Assembly: GCF_027921745.1 (NCBI RefSeq)
Contig: NC_079240.1
Coordinates: forward strand, 310,001 to 374,000
DNA: 64,000 nucleotides
Origin: Schizosaccharomyces osmophilus
Taxonomy: Eukaryota
Direction of reading: 5' to 3'
Part shown: in pieces, positions 23,030 to 35,290 of the stretch
Numbering within the stretch: position 1 is the stretch's first letter
Layout: every line of letters begins with the position of its first letter
Notes under the pieces: generated by a model
Databases searched by the model: none
Told to the model about the DNA's origin: nothing
What the model saw: only the letters and a program-made list of their open reading frames with translations
Position numbers and translations under genes: made by a program

Positions 23030-24680
23030 TTAGTAGATAGTTTAGGGTGAACTGAATTTCAGAAATCCAATACCTTGGTAAATAAAAGTTTAGTGATGTG
23101 CTAGAGAACGAAACAAGAAGTGGATTTTAATATAATAAAGACGCTATGTTTCCACTGTCAGTTAAAACACTAAAAAGGAGGAACAAGAAGTAAATTAGAC
23201 CAGGAAGGAATTATTAAAATAAATTAGGAATATCCAAACGAGAATTCAAAAAAACAAACAACGAGTGTAGTTCGTCGCAACGAAGCCAGAATGAATGAAT
23301 CAAACTAATAACGAAAGGAAATCTTTTGCAAACACGCTGCAAAATATAAAAATAAATTAAGGTATAGTAATCAATGGGAAAAATGTGTAACAAGAAAACT
23401 CCGAAACAACTAGAGAGGGACAAAGAGAAGCAAAATAAACGGAAGAGAAATCAAGTTTTCTTTTCGCTCCGGCAATTACGTTTTCTTTCACACAAGAAGA
23501 CCGAATTGGTCAAGTAGTAGAAACCTGCAGACTTGGATAAAATAGCCTACAAAAAATTACTTTATAGGTTTTGCAAACAGCTAGTACTCGGCAAGAACTC
23601 GTATTTGATATACAAAACAGCAAACTGTGTTTTCAGAGAATCCTTATCGACTTTTGTGGTTTTTATACTAGATTATAAGATGAGTTTTCTGGGTAAGTCC
23701 TATTACACCCGAAAAAAAAGGTCCTTGGGGAAAATGACCTCCTAAAAGCGATGTGAATAGTTAAAATCCGTAATATCGAATTTTTTTATGTCAAAAATCG
23801 GGAAATTTTAAATCCTACGGAATTTTTTTTTTTTTTGATGTATGTAGACGGATGGATGATGCGTGTGTGTTTTAAGTATTCTGCTTGTTTACCTTCTATG
23901 TAAGCAACCGTCAATGACCTTTCAGTGAGATCATTAACAGATTATAACGTATTCCCATAAGTCTATATACCGTAGTTTTCCGTAGCTTTATGCAATTTTT
24001 CTATGGAATGCAGAAGACTAGTAGTAAATTTGAAGTTTCTTTTCCCTATGTAATTCCTGGAATATGAGTTACAATCTACATTCATATCATCTCTTACTTC
24101 TTGGTTTTTCTACTGCTGAAGTAACGGAAACGATGTTGTTATACGAATGAACCATCATTGCTAAAGTCAGTTTAGTGTACCTGTCGTTACAGTATTCTCT
24201 AGCGTATTGTGAAGTCTACGTGCCTCGTTGGAAATTACATGACTAAAAATAGACTAGAGGGAATCCTTCTTGATATGCATCAGAATACAGTAAACAAAAA
24301 AAGAAGAGGAAAAACTATTTCCCGTAAGAAAGGAAGGAATTGTTTTGATGGATAAAATGGATTAAGCTGCATATGGGCCAATGGGTTATAGTTCAATGCT
24401 TGAGAGAAGTATGAGTTTCAAGAGACTTGCGAGAACTTGAAAGTGAACAAGAAAACATAATACTTTTTCGAGCCAGATAGTAACGTAAAGAATTTCATTT
24501 TATATTTCATACTATTACTAACATTTAATATAAATAAATAACCATGTCTGTTGCATCATCACAAAGGTTTGTTCAAAATCTCGCTCCATAAATCTTCTTA
24601 GCCTTGAAAAAGAGCCAATAAGCGATTTCTTTGCACGTTTATTGTCGTGTTCTAGCCTCAGAGGACTAGTCTTGCATTAC

Positions 24681-25715
24681 TTATTCTGTTTTCAAAGAGG
24701 AATCTTCATCAATTGGCTCCCAGTGGGAACCATCAAGTCGTGGAAAAAATCTACCGACCTTTCGAGAATACAAGGAGTATAGGGGATATTTCTTTAAAGA
24801 AATCATTTCCGTTAGCCGCGTCGATGCTTGGAACACACCGACAAGCCCCAAAGGTCCCAAAATCGTCCAGTTAACCCAGGTCTTTGAGGCAATCGCTCCA
24901 AAGGAATAAAAAACAAACCAGATTACTTGTTCAGCCAAAAAATTGGGGTGTCTCGACCATTTAAAAAGACCATAGGTATTGAAGCCTTTTGCAAGTGTCA
25001 TTAACTCGAAATTCAAATTTCCGGGAAGCTCTTCATTGTTACTATACAGCTCTCGTGCTTGGTAGAAATCCCATTGCTGTTGATCAGCCATAATTTCTAT
25101 TGCAAACGTAACCATAAACAACTCTAGAGCAACGCAATCCAATAAACCAAAGGATCGTGCGTTGGCTGCTAGCATCGCAATATATGTAGGACAAGCAAGC
25201 CAATACAGGTGAAGAGTCTGAAATATGTGAATGTAAAAAAAATGTAAGATAGGATATAAATAAGGCGGCATACTGTCACGAACTGTAAGCCACCGATAGT
25301 CTTCGGCTCCTCGCTTGTAGCCTCCCTTACGATAATAATTATATGTCAATCGAACGCTCCACAGCGATTGCAAAAACACCATAATCATCAGTCGGCGGGA
25401 AGCAATGTTAAACAACATCCCATAGATCAAAAAATGGATGGAAAAAACAGTTGGCAAAATTGGCCATGCGCGATCCACCTGAGACGTGTTTCCTGTTTGG
25501 ACAGATACTGCCCACAGGAAAACCCCAATCATGAGTGCAAGAATTAGTCCAGTGACAAATGGATTCGTATCGACATAAAACTCATAAAATCCTATATTCC
25601 CCGAAAGAAGCAATTTCACATTGCTCGCTTGCTCCAAAAAAGGAGAAACTGCCATCGTCCAACTGGCGGCATCAGAAGCAGAGTAAATAGTCGGTATAGT
25701 AGAAAACAATGTCAT
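24681..25715 (-). CDS. DUF1295 / steroid 5-alpha-reductase-like membrane oxidoreductase (SPCC594.04c-like)
   Basis: Motifs NTSQVDRAW, WSVRLT, EDYRW, EIMADQQ and GLFKWSRHPNF. Confidence 0.88.
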   Translation of the reverse strand: MTLFSTIPTIYSASDAASWTMAVSPFLEQASNVKLLLSGNIGFYEFYVDTNPFVTGLILALMIGVFLWAVSVQTGNTSQVDRAWPILPTVFSIHFLIYGMLFNIASRRLMIMVFLQSLWSVRLTYNYYRKGGYKRGAEDYRWLTVRDSMPPYLYPILHFFYIHIFQTLHLYWLACPTYIAMLAANARSFGLLDCVALELFMVTFAIEIMADQQQWDFYQARELYSNNEELPGNLNFELMTLAKGFNTYGLFKWSRHPNFLAEQVIWFVFYSFGAIASKTWVNWTILGPLGLVGVFQASTRLTEMISLKKYPLYSLYSRKVGRFFPRLDGSHWEPIDEDSSLKTE

Positions 25716-26026
25716 ATTTCCAAAATGGCATACGACAAATTCGAGTTTGGATATTTTAAAAGAGATTCTTTCGGAGCTGGTTCAATGTCTCAGTGTGACG
25801 TTACTGAACACGATAATAGTGAGATGCAATGAGACATTAAGTATCCAAAAATTCAAAAACAATGTTCAAAAGAATGTTTGTTAATTTGATTTCGGCTAGT
25901 GATCCCATCGTTTATAATCAAGGTTTCTCAGTTCGTAAACGCATTGAAAATTTTTGTCCCAATTGCTTCTGAAAGACATCAATGAGAATCGTTCTCCAAA
26001 GTTTTCACAAATATATTTTCTTGGTT

Positions 26027-27274
26027 TCATCGCAAAAGTTCTACCATTTTGTCCGCTGATATCTGAAAACGATGAAATTCTGGATGGCCTTCATGTTCAA
26101 CATCCAATATTGCTCTTTCCCTTTGATGATCGATTACACGTTGTTTTGCAGTCTCCATTTGCTTTATCTTATGCAATAAGTCCTTCTCCTCTTGGTTTAT
26201 GTCCTCTGAGAATATAATTTGCCAATTCCCATGTTTTAAGCACCTTCGCTTTTCCTGAAAGCAAACGCAATCAGAGGTAGATTGTAGTTGCTTAACTTCT
26301 GTAATAGGAACTTCCGAGGATATGGAATGCCATAAATCTTTTAAATCCTTATCATTTATTAAAAGACGATCGTCAAATCCACAAACGTCCTTTTTAAATC
26401 CTTCTTTTTCTTTGAATTCTTGGACGAGAATTCGTGAAGCATCCTTTATAAGCTGAAGGAAATGCTTTTTTTCTTGTGTAAAACGGATTTTTTCGTTTAG
26501 CAACACTAAATTGCGTTTGATGCTTTCTAAATCACTTCGTTCAAACGCATAGACGTTTTCTGGTAGAATTGTCTCTGGTAAAGAAGGGGCCTGGTTGCCA
26601 ACGTTACGGAATTCTTCAAAATTATCAGCAACCATAGTCAATGTCTTTAAGGAGGAAGGATCAATCGTCGTGTTTTTAAGTTTAGATTGCATGAATAGGA
26701 CACCGTGTTCATGACAACAATACTTTGATGAAACTTCAGCGGGCTTTGAGCATTCCCGAAGTCTGCACTTCCTTTTCCATGCAGTAACACCACGTCCACT
26801 AGCCATGCAACTGGGACAAAAATATTGAACTGTCAGTTCATCGTAAGACTCTGGAATGTTGACGCATTCTCCATGAAACCAATCTTCACAACCATCACAT
26901 CCCAACATCCATCTACCATCATCGGGACCTTTACACAGGCAGTAAGCAGGACCTTCAAAATCCGCGTTTAGAGAGGACCCTGGTTTTGTCCTTCGCGGTC
27001 CTTTACGAGTTACGGTACCTGCTGGTTTCTTTGAAATTGTTGACCCTAATCTTTGTAATTCTGTGTCTGTTTCAGTGCTTGATGATTCAGGACTTTTGGG
27101 TTCCTCTTGCTTTACTTTTGAAGGCTCTGGCGTTAAACCATCCTCGATATGTAGTTTGCCATCCTCCTGTGAATTTTGATGAGTTGCTATTGGTAATGTA
27201 GATTCCTCTTCTTTGACATTCTCAAATTCATCAATATTCATCGAATTTTGATTCACATCGTTAGAAAACTCCAT
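26027..27274 (-). CDS. spf1: Set1C/COMPASS PHD-finger subunit Spf1 (Spp1/CFP1 ortholog)
   Basis: PHD finger YCLC..MLGCDGCEDWFHGECV..YFCPSC, followed by WKRKCRL..SKYC and a C-terminal C..KRRCLKHGNW. Confidence 0.93.
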   Translation of the reverse strand: MEFSNDVNQNSMNIDEFENVKEEESTLPIATHQNSQEDGKLHIEDGLTPEPSKVKQEEPKSPESSSTETDTELQRLGSTISKKPAGTVTRKGPRRTKPGSSLNADFEGPAYCLCKGPDDGRWMLGCDGCEDWFHGECVNIPESYDELTVQYFCPSCMASGRGVTAWKRKCRLRECSKPAEVSSKYCCHEHGVLFMQSKLKNTTIDPSSLKTLTMVADNFEEFRNVGNQAPSLPETILPENVYAFERSDLESIKRNLVLLNEKIRFTQEKKHFLQLIKDASRILVQEFKEKEGFKKDVCGFDDRLLINDKDLKDLWHSISSEVPITEVKQLQSTSDCVCFQEKRRCLKHGNWQIIFSEDINQEEKDLLHKIKQMETAKQRVIDHQRERAILDVEHEGHPEFHRFQISADKMVELLR

Positions 27275-27694
27275 GCCTTTGAATTTTTTACCAGCTTTCT
27301 AGTGTTTGGTTTCATACCCATGTATTTTTTAAGAAATCGGAACGCCTTCTCCTTATATACACGTATGTAAAAAGCATATAAAAGCAAAAAGGAAACGCAG
27401 ATATAATTGTTTTTATATAAGTTTTAAAATAAAATAAACAATTTTGAAAAACAAAAGACTCAGCCGGAGAATCAGGTTTTCAAACAGTCTTGAAGGATGA
27501 AAATGAAAAGAGAGACGAGACTGTTCTGGACAAAAAATAAAACAAATTGAATTGGATTGATTTAGGCAAATATCCTCATTGAATCGTAGGGATTGTTTAA
27601 AGTTTGACAATAAAAATGAAGCCCAACAGGAAATTGCGTGTAAAATGAAATTAGTGATCGAATAAATAAATGAATAAACCCATATTTTGCTTTT

Positions 27695-28777
27695 TCAGCC
27701 CAATCGACGAAGACGATCTTTCGTCCTGCGCATTTTCTTACGATTTAGGTCGGTTTCATGCGATACATCGTCCAGCATGGCATTCTGTTCAATTACTTCG
27801 TTGTTGATAGCCATGGAAATTTCTTTCTGTCGTTGAATAGTCGGTAGCAATGTTTCCGCTTGAGTATCTTGACTCATTAATGCTTGGTTTTGCAGTTGGT
27901 AAAGACCAACATTATCGAGCTTTCTGGTGGTTGGTGTCTCCTGCGACCGGCTTTTACCTAAAACACGATTGGAGGAAGGAGTAGAGTGAAGAGAATTTTG
28001 TTGATCTGAGGAAGACGATACGGGCTTGAATGGTGAGCCAGGGCTGGAGCTAGCAGGAACCTCAGCAGAGGACTTGGGAGGGCTCATAGGCTGAGCCATG
28101 TTTTTCATTGTTCTTTGATATGATACAAGCTCTGAAGACAATTTATCTAACATATCACGTCTGCGAAACACTTCACCGGGACCGAGGGCATTCATTTGCT
28201 CGAGCCGATGGAGCGAAGCGTATAAAAGATCAGTTGACCTTTTCGAAGTATATAGGCTTCTTGTCTGTCCATAAATGGTGCTGTTCTTTCCTGAAAGCAA
28301 GTCAACTCTCGAAGCATGCAAATCACGTTTGCATTCATGAAACAATTGAATCCATTCCACGGGGCCAAGGCTACTTTCTTTTGTAATGTTTCCTGTATTA
28401 TCCTCTATGTTAAAAAAGCTTTTAACTTCTTTCATTTCTATCCAAGGACTTTTGCTCAATGCTTTTATATACCCCTGTAGAGCAACTCGACGGGATTCAC
28501 GAAATTTCTCATTTGTCACGGTTGACTGAAACCAAGACTTGGAAGGAAGATTAGGTAACGTTTCTGTATCATCAAAAGGTCGAATTTTTTCATCTAAACT
28601 AACGAATTCGCTGAATCGTCGAAAGACAATTCTACGTAAATTATTGGGAAAAGATACTTCAATGTGATATACGGTCCACCGCGAACCTTCGTCCTGTTTC
28701 TATCATCTGTAAGCTAATTTCTTCTTTATTTTCCTTACCTGTGATGTTTTAGGTATTTTCAATTGAATAGGTGCCAT
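27695..28777 (-). CDS. vsl1: PX-domain vacuolar SNARE (Vam7 ortholog), 2 exons
   Basis: Exon 1 is 28777-28739. The intron is 39 nt (28738-28700, GTAAGG..CTTAC..TAG). Exon 2 starts at 28699 with the PX domain (WTVYHIEV..VFRRFSEFVSL..LPSK). The C-terminal SNARE motif has no TM helix. Confidence 0.85.
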
Positions 28778-29739
28778 ACTGGCAAAAGCATACATATATT
28801 TACGTGTACTTTCTTCCCTATATCATTATGTTTAACGAAATCAGCAATATCTTGCAAAAGCAAATACCATACCACTCTTCACTGCATTGGTAAATAAAGA
28901 AAGAATTGAAAACAAGTTGGAATACACATTAATTAGAGTAGAGCAAATCTTTAAGCGATCCTTTTCTTAATGATCTAGCGTCAAACAAGTTGGTCATTTT
29001 GCATACTGTATAATTTCTGTTTCGTCAGATGCAAAGCAAATGCTTAAACGTACACATTGGTATGTTTTACGGATGTAAGTAAAACAACTAGATCACTACG
29101 AAAGAGTCATTGAGTTTCTACTTAATCATATGCACTATATGAAACCAGTATGAAATCTATATACGAAGCTGATCGTCGAGATCACAAACATTTATTAATA
29201 GACAGAAGTATTTGATAACGTTTCAGTAGGCGCCTACCACAGAGTGAATTGTGTTATTTCCTATAGACCTTTCGAACGATGTGTTACTAGTTCTCCTGTA
29301 AAATTAATTAAATGCATTTCCTTGAAAATGTGTAAAAGTAAAGTAAATTCAATCAATCCAGCGATTTAAAAACCTCGCAAACACTTCGTTAGAGTAGATG
29401 ATAAAGTAACTCTAGAAAAATAGCATTCCGGAAAATAGAAGAAATAAATACTAACGAATTAAGTAACTGACAGTGAGCTTAGATAAGTATAGAACAGATC
29501 CACGTTGAGTATGAACGTGGAATTATATCAGAATAATACACCTGTACACATATAGAACATCCAAGAAACGTATGGCATCAATAACAGCGTCCTGAACAGA
29601 TCATAGACCAAAAACTCAACAAGGAGTTTTCAATTAACCGGAAAGGGGAATAAAAATCATGTTGAGTTAAGACGAAAACCCAACATAGGAAGAAAAATAT
29701 AAACAAGAGATACAATCGATGCCACGAGGTCTTCACCCT

Positions 29740-30567
29740 TTATAGAGAAATAGCCCAGCAGATAAGCACCACAATCGTAGCTTGGCTTATATAAGTTAAC
29801 AGTACTTGACACATAGGAATCCAGTGGGGAGAAAACAAAAGGGTAAAGGGAACGGCGCAATTCCAGATGGAAAAGAATACCATTAATGCAAGGGACTGAA
29901 GCAAATTTCTCTTCTCAAAGACAAGTTTTTGCAAAACATAACCAATAGGAATATGTGCAATATACTGTAATGGAAGAGGAGGAGCAATCAAGCTAGTAAC
30001 AACGTCGCGAACATTACCAAGGATAATTGAGTTGAGATACAGTTTTTGAGTAGAATAATTAAGCACGCTAATCAAGACACTAGCCATGAATGTAAATAAG
30101 ATGGTGATACTGGTACGCGATTTGCGATCACGAGAGAGCCGAGGATGCAAGATATTAGTGCCTGCACGAGCAGCCAGCAAGGACAGCGCATCGATAGCAA
30201 ATGACCAAGAAATTTGCCTAAGAGACACGAGATAGTATGTGGACAATAGAATATACAAGGGATACTTTGCGATCAAATACCAGCTAATACCCAAGTTGAA
30301 GTGATACGTCAGAAACAACTGAAATGCATGCATCAGAATATACACATAGCTCTAAAGTTAGAAAGTTAGAAATATAAAACATCAACAGGAGAAAAATTGT
30401 ACGAAACCTACCATCCAATCAGGAATATTTTTGTTTACGACACCAGTCGATGCCAGCAAACGAGGATTCAAGTGCAAATTTAAAGCTCCATATGTGATTG
30501 TGTGCAAACAAACAAAAGCTATTACTTGAAGAGTTCGAGAAAGACGCGAATATCCTTTTTCTGTCAT
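29740..30567 (-). CDS. bqt3: Inner nuclear membrane bouquet protein Bqt3, 2 exons (255 aa)
   Basis: Exon 1 is 30567-30412, intron 30411-30352 (GTAGGT..CTAAC..TAG) and exon 2 30351-29740. It is a polytopic hydrophobic protein. The name rests on size and on its position between vsl1 and qcr9, as I recall for S. pombe. Confidence 0.78.
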
Positions 30568-31141
30568 CTCGATAATGTTGGTAGTTTGTAAGTGCGCGAT
30601 GCTGTGTATTGGGAATAGTGAACTTGAACGAACCAAATATGAAAGCTGTCGCTGAAGAAAATTCTTTCAAACGTCTGAAATCTGAATTGATTTCTTCTAT
30701 TTAAATGAATTGAATGATATCAACTCAACTAAGGAATTTGTTCCTGTTTCTTGGTTTCCTCAATATCCATCATGAACAAGTAGCTTAGCTTAAAGCACCC
30801 TTACCATCTGTTCACTGACATCTTCAAAGTGTTGAAGTTTCTCTTTTTTATAGCGCAGAAAAACTGGTCCTACTTTTACAATGAAAAAAAACAAATTATA
30901 AATAAGGCAAGGAAACCAACTACAGGAATCATACATAAAATCAATTATTTACCAGCATACGTGTTATATTTATTTACCATTTAGCGAGTATGAATATATT
31001 CTTTATTCCATTTTAGAATGGTTGGTAATTTTCGTAATTTTATATTTCATTCGGAACGTTCGTAATCGCTATCCCGCAACATTGCCTTGTTTATGATTGG
31101 GATGCACCAACTCTCATTCTACCAGTACTCCCTTCTCCTCG

Positions 31142-31513
31142 ATGGTAAGTTTTGTAACGGACAATTCTTTTGTTTCCTTTAATTAACAGATTAATTAAGG
31201 CTAGTTCTACGATATATAATATCTTTTTCAGAAAAAACTCTTCTTTCTACGCTACTATTTTCGCGTCAGCTTTTTTCACCAAAATGTATGTAATTTTGAA
31301 AGAAAACGCGAGTCTTCCCCTCAAATAGTTTACTAACAGTACAGTGGCTTTGATATCTTTGCTGACAAGGTGTGGGAAAATGCTAATGCCGGTGTAAGTA
31401 TCTCTTTTCGTCTTTGTGTCCCTTCAGTCTTTTTTCTAACTTTCTCTTTCTAGATGCAATGGAAGGATGTCAAGTCTCGCTTTTTAAACAAAGAAGAAGA
31501 AGAGGAGGAGTAA
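31142..31513 (+). CDS. qcr9: Cytochrome bc1 complex subunit 9, 4 exons (65 aa); missing from the ORF track
   Basis: Exons are 31142-31144 (ATG only), 31200-31285, 31345-31393 and 31454-31513. The spliced product is MASSTIYNIFFRKNSSFYATIFASAFFTKIGFDIFADKVWENANAGMQWKDVKSRFLNKEEEEEE. Confidence 0.93.
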
Positions 31514-32024
31514 ACGATTTTACTCGAGATTTTCTATCTTTTCTGTTTCTGCCAGTCTTTCCCGGCTGTCGTGAACAAATTCAAGTCTTTTTGAAACTGT
31601 CTCGGTGATATAACCATCATTTCTCTCCCCCTCTTATCTTTTTACTTTCAGAACTTGCAATGCCTTTTTTAGCTTCAATTCGTTCTCTTTACCTTCGCTC
31701 AAACGAATAAAAATATACTTTCGTCAAATCACTCCTCTTCTATTAAGTGCTTGCCTATTGTCTTGAAACTTGTAGCTCAAAGTCCATTCTTGTTTAATGG
31801 CTGTATAAAAATACATGTAATTTCTTGCTATATGATTCCATAAAAGCTCTAGCGAAAAAAAAACAGATTAAAAAAGAAAAGAAGGTGATAGCCGGAAATA
31901 TTAAATAATTAATGAAAGTAGTAAGAAACAAAATACGTATACAAAGACTTTATCTATCTCTTCTCGTCCTTCAGTTTGCTTCCATAAACAGGCGAAAAGA
32001 ACAAGAAAATTATGGAAATGCGCG

Positions 32025-34715
32025 TTAAATGCGATAAATCATATTTTCAGAAAACATGATCTTGTTTTGGGCATCCATTTCTTTCAAAGCAGAAATTCCC
32101 TCATCTCTTGTAAAGGAAGCATCACCTTCAGCTCCGTTAATCGCATTTAAAACATTTTCCAAAGATGCACATTCTTCCGAAAATACATCTGTCTTGGTTA
32201 ACTCAGACAAGCGAGACATAAAAGTTGACATCTTCTCTCTCGATAAAGCTACACCTTGAGAAGAGGGAGCATTACTTTCCGAAGCTTCGCTTATATCCAC
32301 ATTCCCGCTACGCGCACTTACTGTCGTTGTGTCTCTGGCTGTTGTTGGAAGGGTCGAATGACTAGAAGGCCACGATAGCTGGGTATTGGAAGGATTTCCT
32401 AAATGTAATTGACTGCCATCACTAGTCGCTGTTGCTGCTACTGACTGGTTCGTTGTGGATTCAACATCGTCGATATCCATCTCGCTTTCTTGACTTTGTC
32501 TACCTTGGGTTTGAGAACGCGTCTGTCGACCTGACTCAGATGCATTTGGTCCGGTAGTTTGGAATGTGCGATCATCATTCAAATCATTCTCAGCTTCTAC
32601 TTCCTCTGAGTCAACGTCTTCATCTTCAGAACTTCCTTCTTCTTCTCCTTCTTCTTTACGTTGCTTTTTACGACGGTTGGATTTTGGTTTATATACTTCC
32701 CTGAACAATGCATAACGAAGGATTTTTTCAGCAGCTTTAGCGTCTCGTACCTCAACTGCATTGCTCAATCGAGCTTTCGCGTGGGCAGTGCTCAACCGAA
32801 TCAATGTTTCTAATGTACGAGCCGTGAGGGGACTAGTACGACGCTGATTACCTTGTAAATCATCGTTTCGAAGACCACAATATATATTCGTTATATACTC
32901 AGCGGTACCTTGATTAAGGACTGGGTTTATTCGAGATTTTGCGTACTGGATATATTTACGAACAAAATTGATATTTAGTAATTCCTTTCGTTTTGTTCGA
33001 GCGTTTGCGTGTAGCAGACTTGAAAATGTTTCCCAAACTGGTGTTTCTGATTCTTGATCTCCATTTCCGGCTGAGACACCTGCAGTATTTGTCGCGCCAA
33101 CATTTAATACCGAATTCAGTGAGTCTCTCACAGGAGTACCAGGCTCCACGCCCGGCGGTAAATAACGATGCATCCTCAAAACATGTTCACTTAAAGCACG
33201 ATCCTTCTTGTCATCTATATCATCTGTAACAATAAATAGCAAATCGAAACGGGAAAGCATAGAATCCGGTAGAGCTATATTCTTTGTAGGATCTTTTCGA
33301 ATATCATATTGGCCATAAATGGGATTTGCTGCTGCCACAACACTGCATCTCGCGTTCAAAGACGTATGAATACCAGCTTTAGCAATGGTAACTGTCTGTT
33401 GTTCCATTACTTCATGAATAGCGACCCGATCAATGTCACTCATTTTGTCAAATTCATCGATACATACAACACCCCGATCAGCTAAAACCATTGCACCAGC
33501 TTCTAAACGACGCTCACCAGTTTCTTTATCAGAGGTTACGGCAGCTGTAAGACCAACACCTGAAGAACCACGGCCGGTAGTTGCGATAGCCAAAGGAGCT
33601 GTGTTTAACACGAATCGAAGTAACTGAGATTTGGCTGTTGAGGGATCGCCCACCATCAAAATGTTGATATCACCACGGATATGTGTGCCATTGGAAAGAT
33701 TTTTCTCTGTACCACCCAAGAGTAAAAGCAAAATTGCTTGCTTAATGTGTTCAAATCCGTAAATGCTAGGAGCCAAACTTGTAGAAAGAAGCTCAAAAGC
33801 GTTCTTTTTTCGAGCCAACTTATTAATATTACGAATATCAGCGTCTGTAATCGTCAATGCTCCTCCACCAACATTTCCACTACCTGGTTTGTTCGTTAGG
33901 AGGACAACATTATTCGCGAGCAAAACAGTACGAAACGTAGCACTTGTGCTTCCAGAGTTTTTTGATCCCATTGACCGAAATTGCCCAACGATGTGTACTC
34001 GATCACCTGGCTTTACTGTATCAACCAAGTCATCGTCGAGTAAAATATCAATGGATCGAGGTAATTGACCGGGCGGTGCACGTTCGGGCATTTCTTGAAG
34101 TGAGATTGTCTGATGATCTCGAAAAGTGCTATACCCAAATTCAATAGAAAGGGGATTACCACTTTCATCCTGCGTTGGATAGACAGTGGATTGAAACGAA
34201 AGACCACCGTTCATTGTAGAATCCGCATATTGTTTAAAATGATGACGCTTAGTAGCTTCACAATAATGTATAGATTTAATAACTTTGGGACGAACGAACG
34301 AGCATCTTGTCACAATCCCTTCTAGTGAAATCATTTTGTTCAAGTGCAAAGCCCTTAAAGTACGAGGCGTAACATGTAAATCACCAAAAGAACCACGAAA
34401 TCCGATATAAAATGGTTTATCCTTAACATCTTTGTGAACGATAGGATCGATAAGTGTACTAACTACTCCCTGAAGAGCTTCATTGAAAGGATCGACAAAT
34501 TCCATGGGCTGATAAAGGACGCCATCAGCTAACTCTTTGTTGTAATCTCGAAGTTCATCAACGTTCACAATCAAGCGTCTTTGTGCCATGTTAAGCATTC
34601 TGAGAATTGCTTCATGATACAGCGTTGCATTCGTATCGTCAGAATCGTGCTCAAGATATTCTTGAAAAATCCTCACGCGGTCCTTGAAAACTTCATCTGC
34701 CAACAACTCCGACAT
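32025..34715 (-). CDS. mcm3: MCM helicase subunit Mcm3
   Basis: MCM AAA domain with GDPSTAKS (Mcm3-type Walker A), IDEFDKM and SRFD. Confidence 0.97.
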   Translation of the reverse strand: MSELLADEVFKDRVRIFQEYLEHDSDDTNATLYHEAILRMLNMAQRRLIVNVDELRDYNKELADGVLYQPMEFVDPFNEALQGVVSTLIDPIVHKDVKDKPFYIGFRGSFGDLHVTPRTLRALHLNKMISLEGIVTRCSFVRPKVIKSIHYCEATKRHHFKQYADSTMNGGLSFQSTVYPTQDESGNPLSIEFGYSTFRDHQTISLQEMPERAPPGQLPRSIDILLDDDLVDTVKPGDRVHIVGQFRSMGSKNSGSTSATFRTVLLANNVVLLTNKPGSGNVGGGALTITDADIRNINKLARKKNAFELLSTSLAPSIYGFEHIKQAILLLLLGGTEKNLSNGTHIRGDINILMVGDPSTAKSQLLRFVLNTAPLAIATTGRGSSGVGLTAAVTSDKETGERRLEAGAMVLADRGVVCIDEFDKMSDIDRVAIHEVMEQQTVTIAKAGIHTSLNARCSVVAAANPIYGQYDIRKDPTKNIALPDSMLSRFDLLFIVTDDIDDKKDRALSEHVLRMHRYLPPGVEPGTPVRDSLNSVLNVGATNTAGVSAGNGDQESETPVWETFSSLLHANARTKRKELLNINFVRKYIQYAKSRINPVLNQGTAEYITNIYCGLRNDDLQGNQRRTSPLTARTLETLIRLSTAHAKARLSNAVEVRDAKAAEKILRYALFREVYKPKSNRRKKQRKEEGEEEGSSEDEDVDSEEVEAENDLNDDRTFQTTGPNASESGRQTRSQTQGRQSQESEMDIDDVESTTNQSVAATATSDGSQLHLGNPSNTQLSWPSSHSTLPTTARDTTTVSARSGNVDISEASESNAPSSQGVALSREKMSTFMSRLSELTKTDVFSEECASLENVLNAINGAEGDASFTRDEGISALKEMDAQNKIMFSENMIYRI

Positions 34716-34756
34716 TTTGTTTGTTCCTATGTTGCAAACTAGCTAATGGTTTTGCG

Positions 34757-34762
34757 ACGCGT
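34757..34762. promoter_or_regulatory. MCB (MluI) element ACGCGT, 42 nt upstream of the mcm3 ATG
   Basis: Context is GCGACGCGTC, a CG-rich motif in an AT-rich setting. Function is inferred. Confidence 0.4.
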
Positions 34763-35290
34763 CTCTTAAATTTTCTTCTTTCCTCAAAAATCTCCCTTAT
34801 CGACTATGGCCACTATTATAACATATATCGGCAATAAATTAATTATGATATGAAATTGGAAAACTCTGCGTTTTATATTTCAGCAGCTTGTAGCTTGTTT
34901 ACAGTAAACGTTTTGCTTGAAGCGTGCACCTTCAGTCTTTTCGCAGTGTATAGTAACATGTTACCCATAAGCAAATTTAATATTTACAAACAAAAGCGGG
35001 TAAAAAATGAACTCGTCTGTTTTTTTGATGAAAAACATTGTGATAATTAAAACTAGAATTTTAAAAACCTTTAATCTTCTCTTCCTTGATATAAGGTTCC
35101 AAGTACTAATTACTAAAAAGGTATGCCTGAAGTAAACCAAATCTATTTATAAATCTATGTAACTAAAAGGAAAGACTGTAAATTAATTATATAATTGTAA
35201 TGTAAATCCAGGAAAAATGAAGATATTAATCGTTCGAGCCTTGGACTTATATTATCGGGCGAATTAAAGATGCAAAATGTAACTATCGAT

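Noticed and set aside
29060..29521. Plus-strand splice-like signals (GTATGT, GTAAGT, TACTAAC..AAG) and an 8-bp hairpin (29499-29521) between vsl1 and bqt3
   Set aside because: No joinable reading frame, with stops shortly after the acceptor. Motifs of this length are expected by chance.
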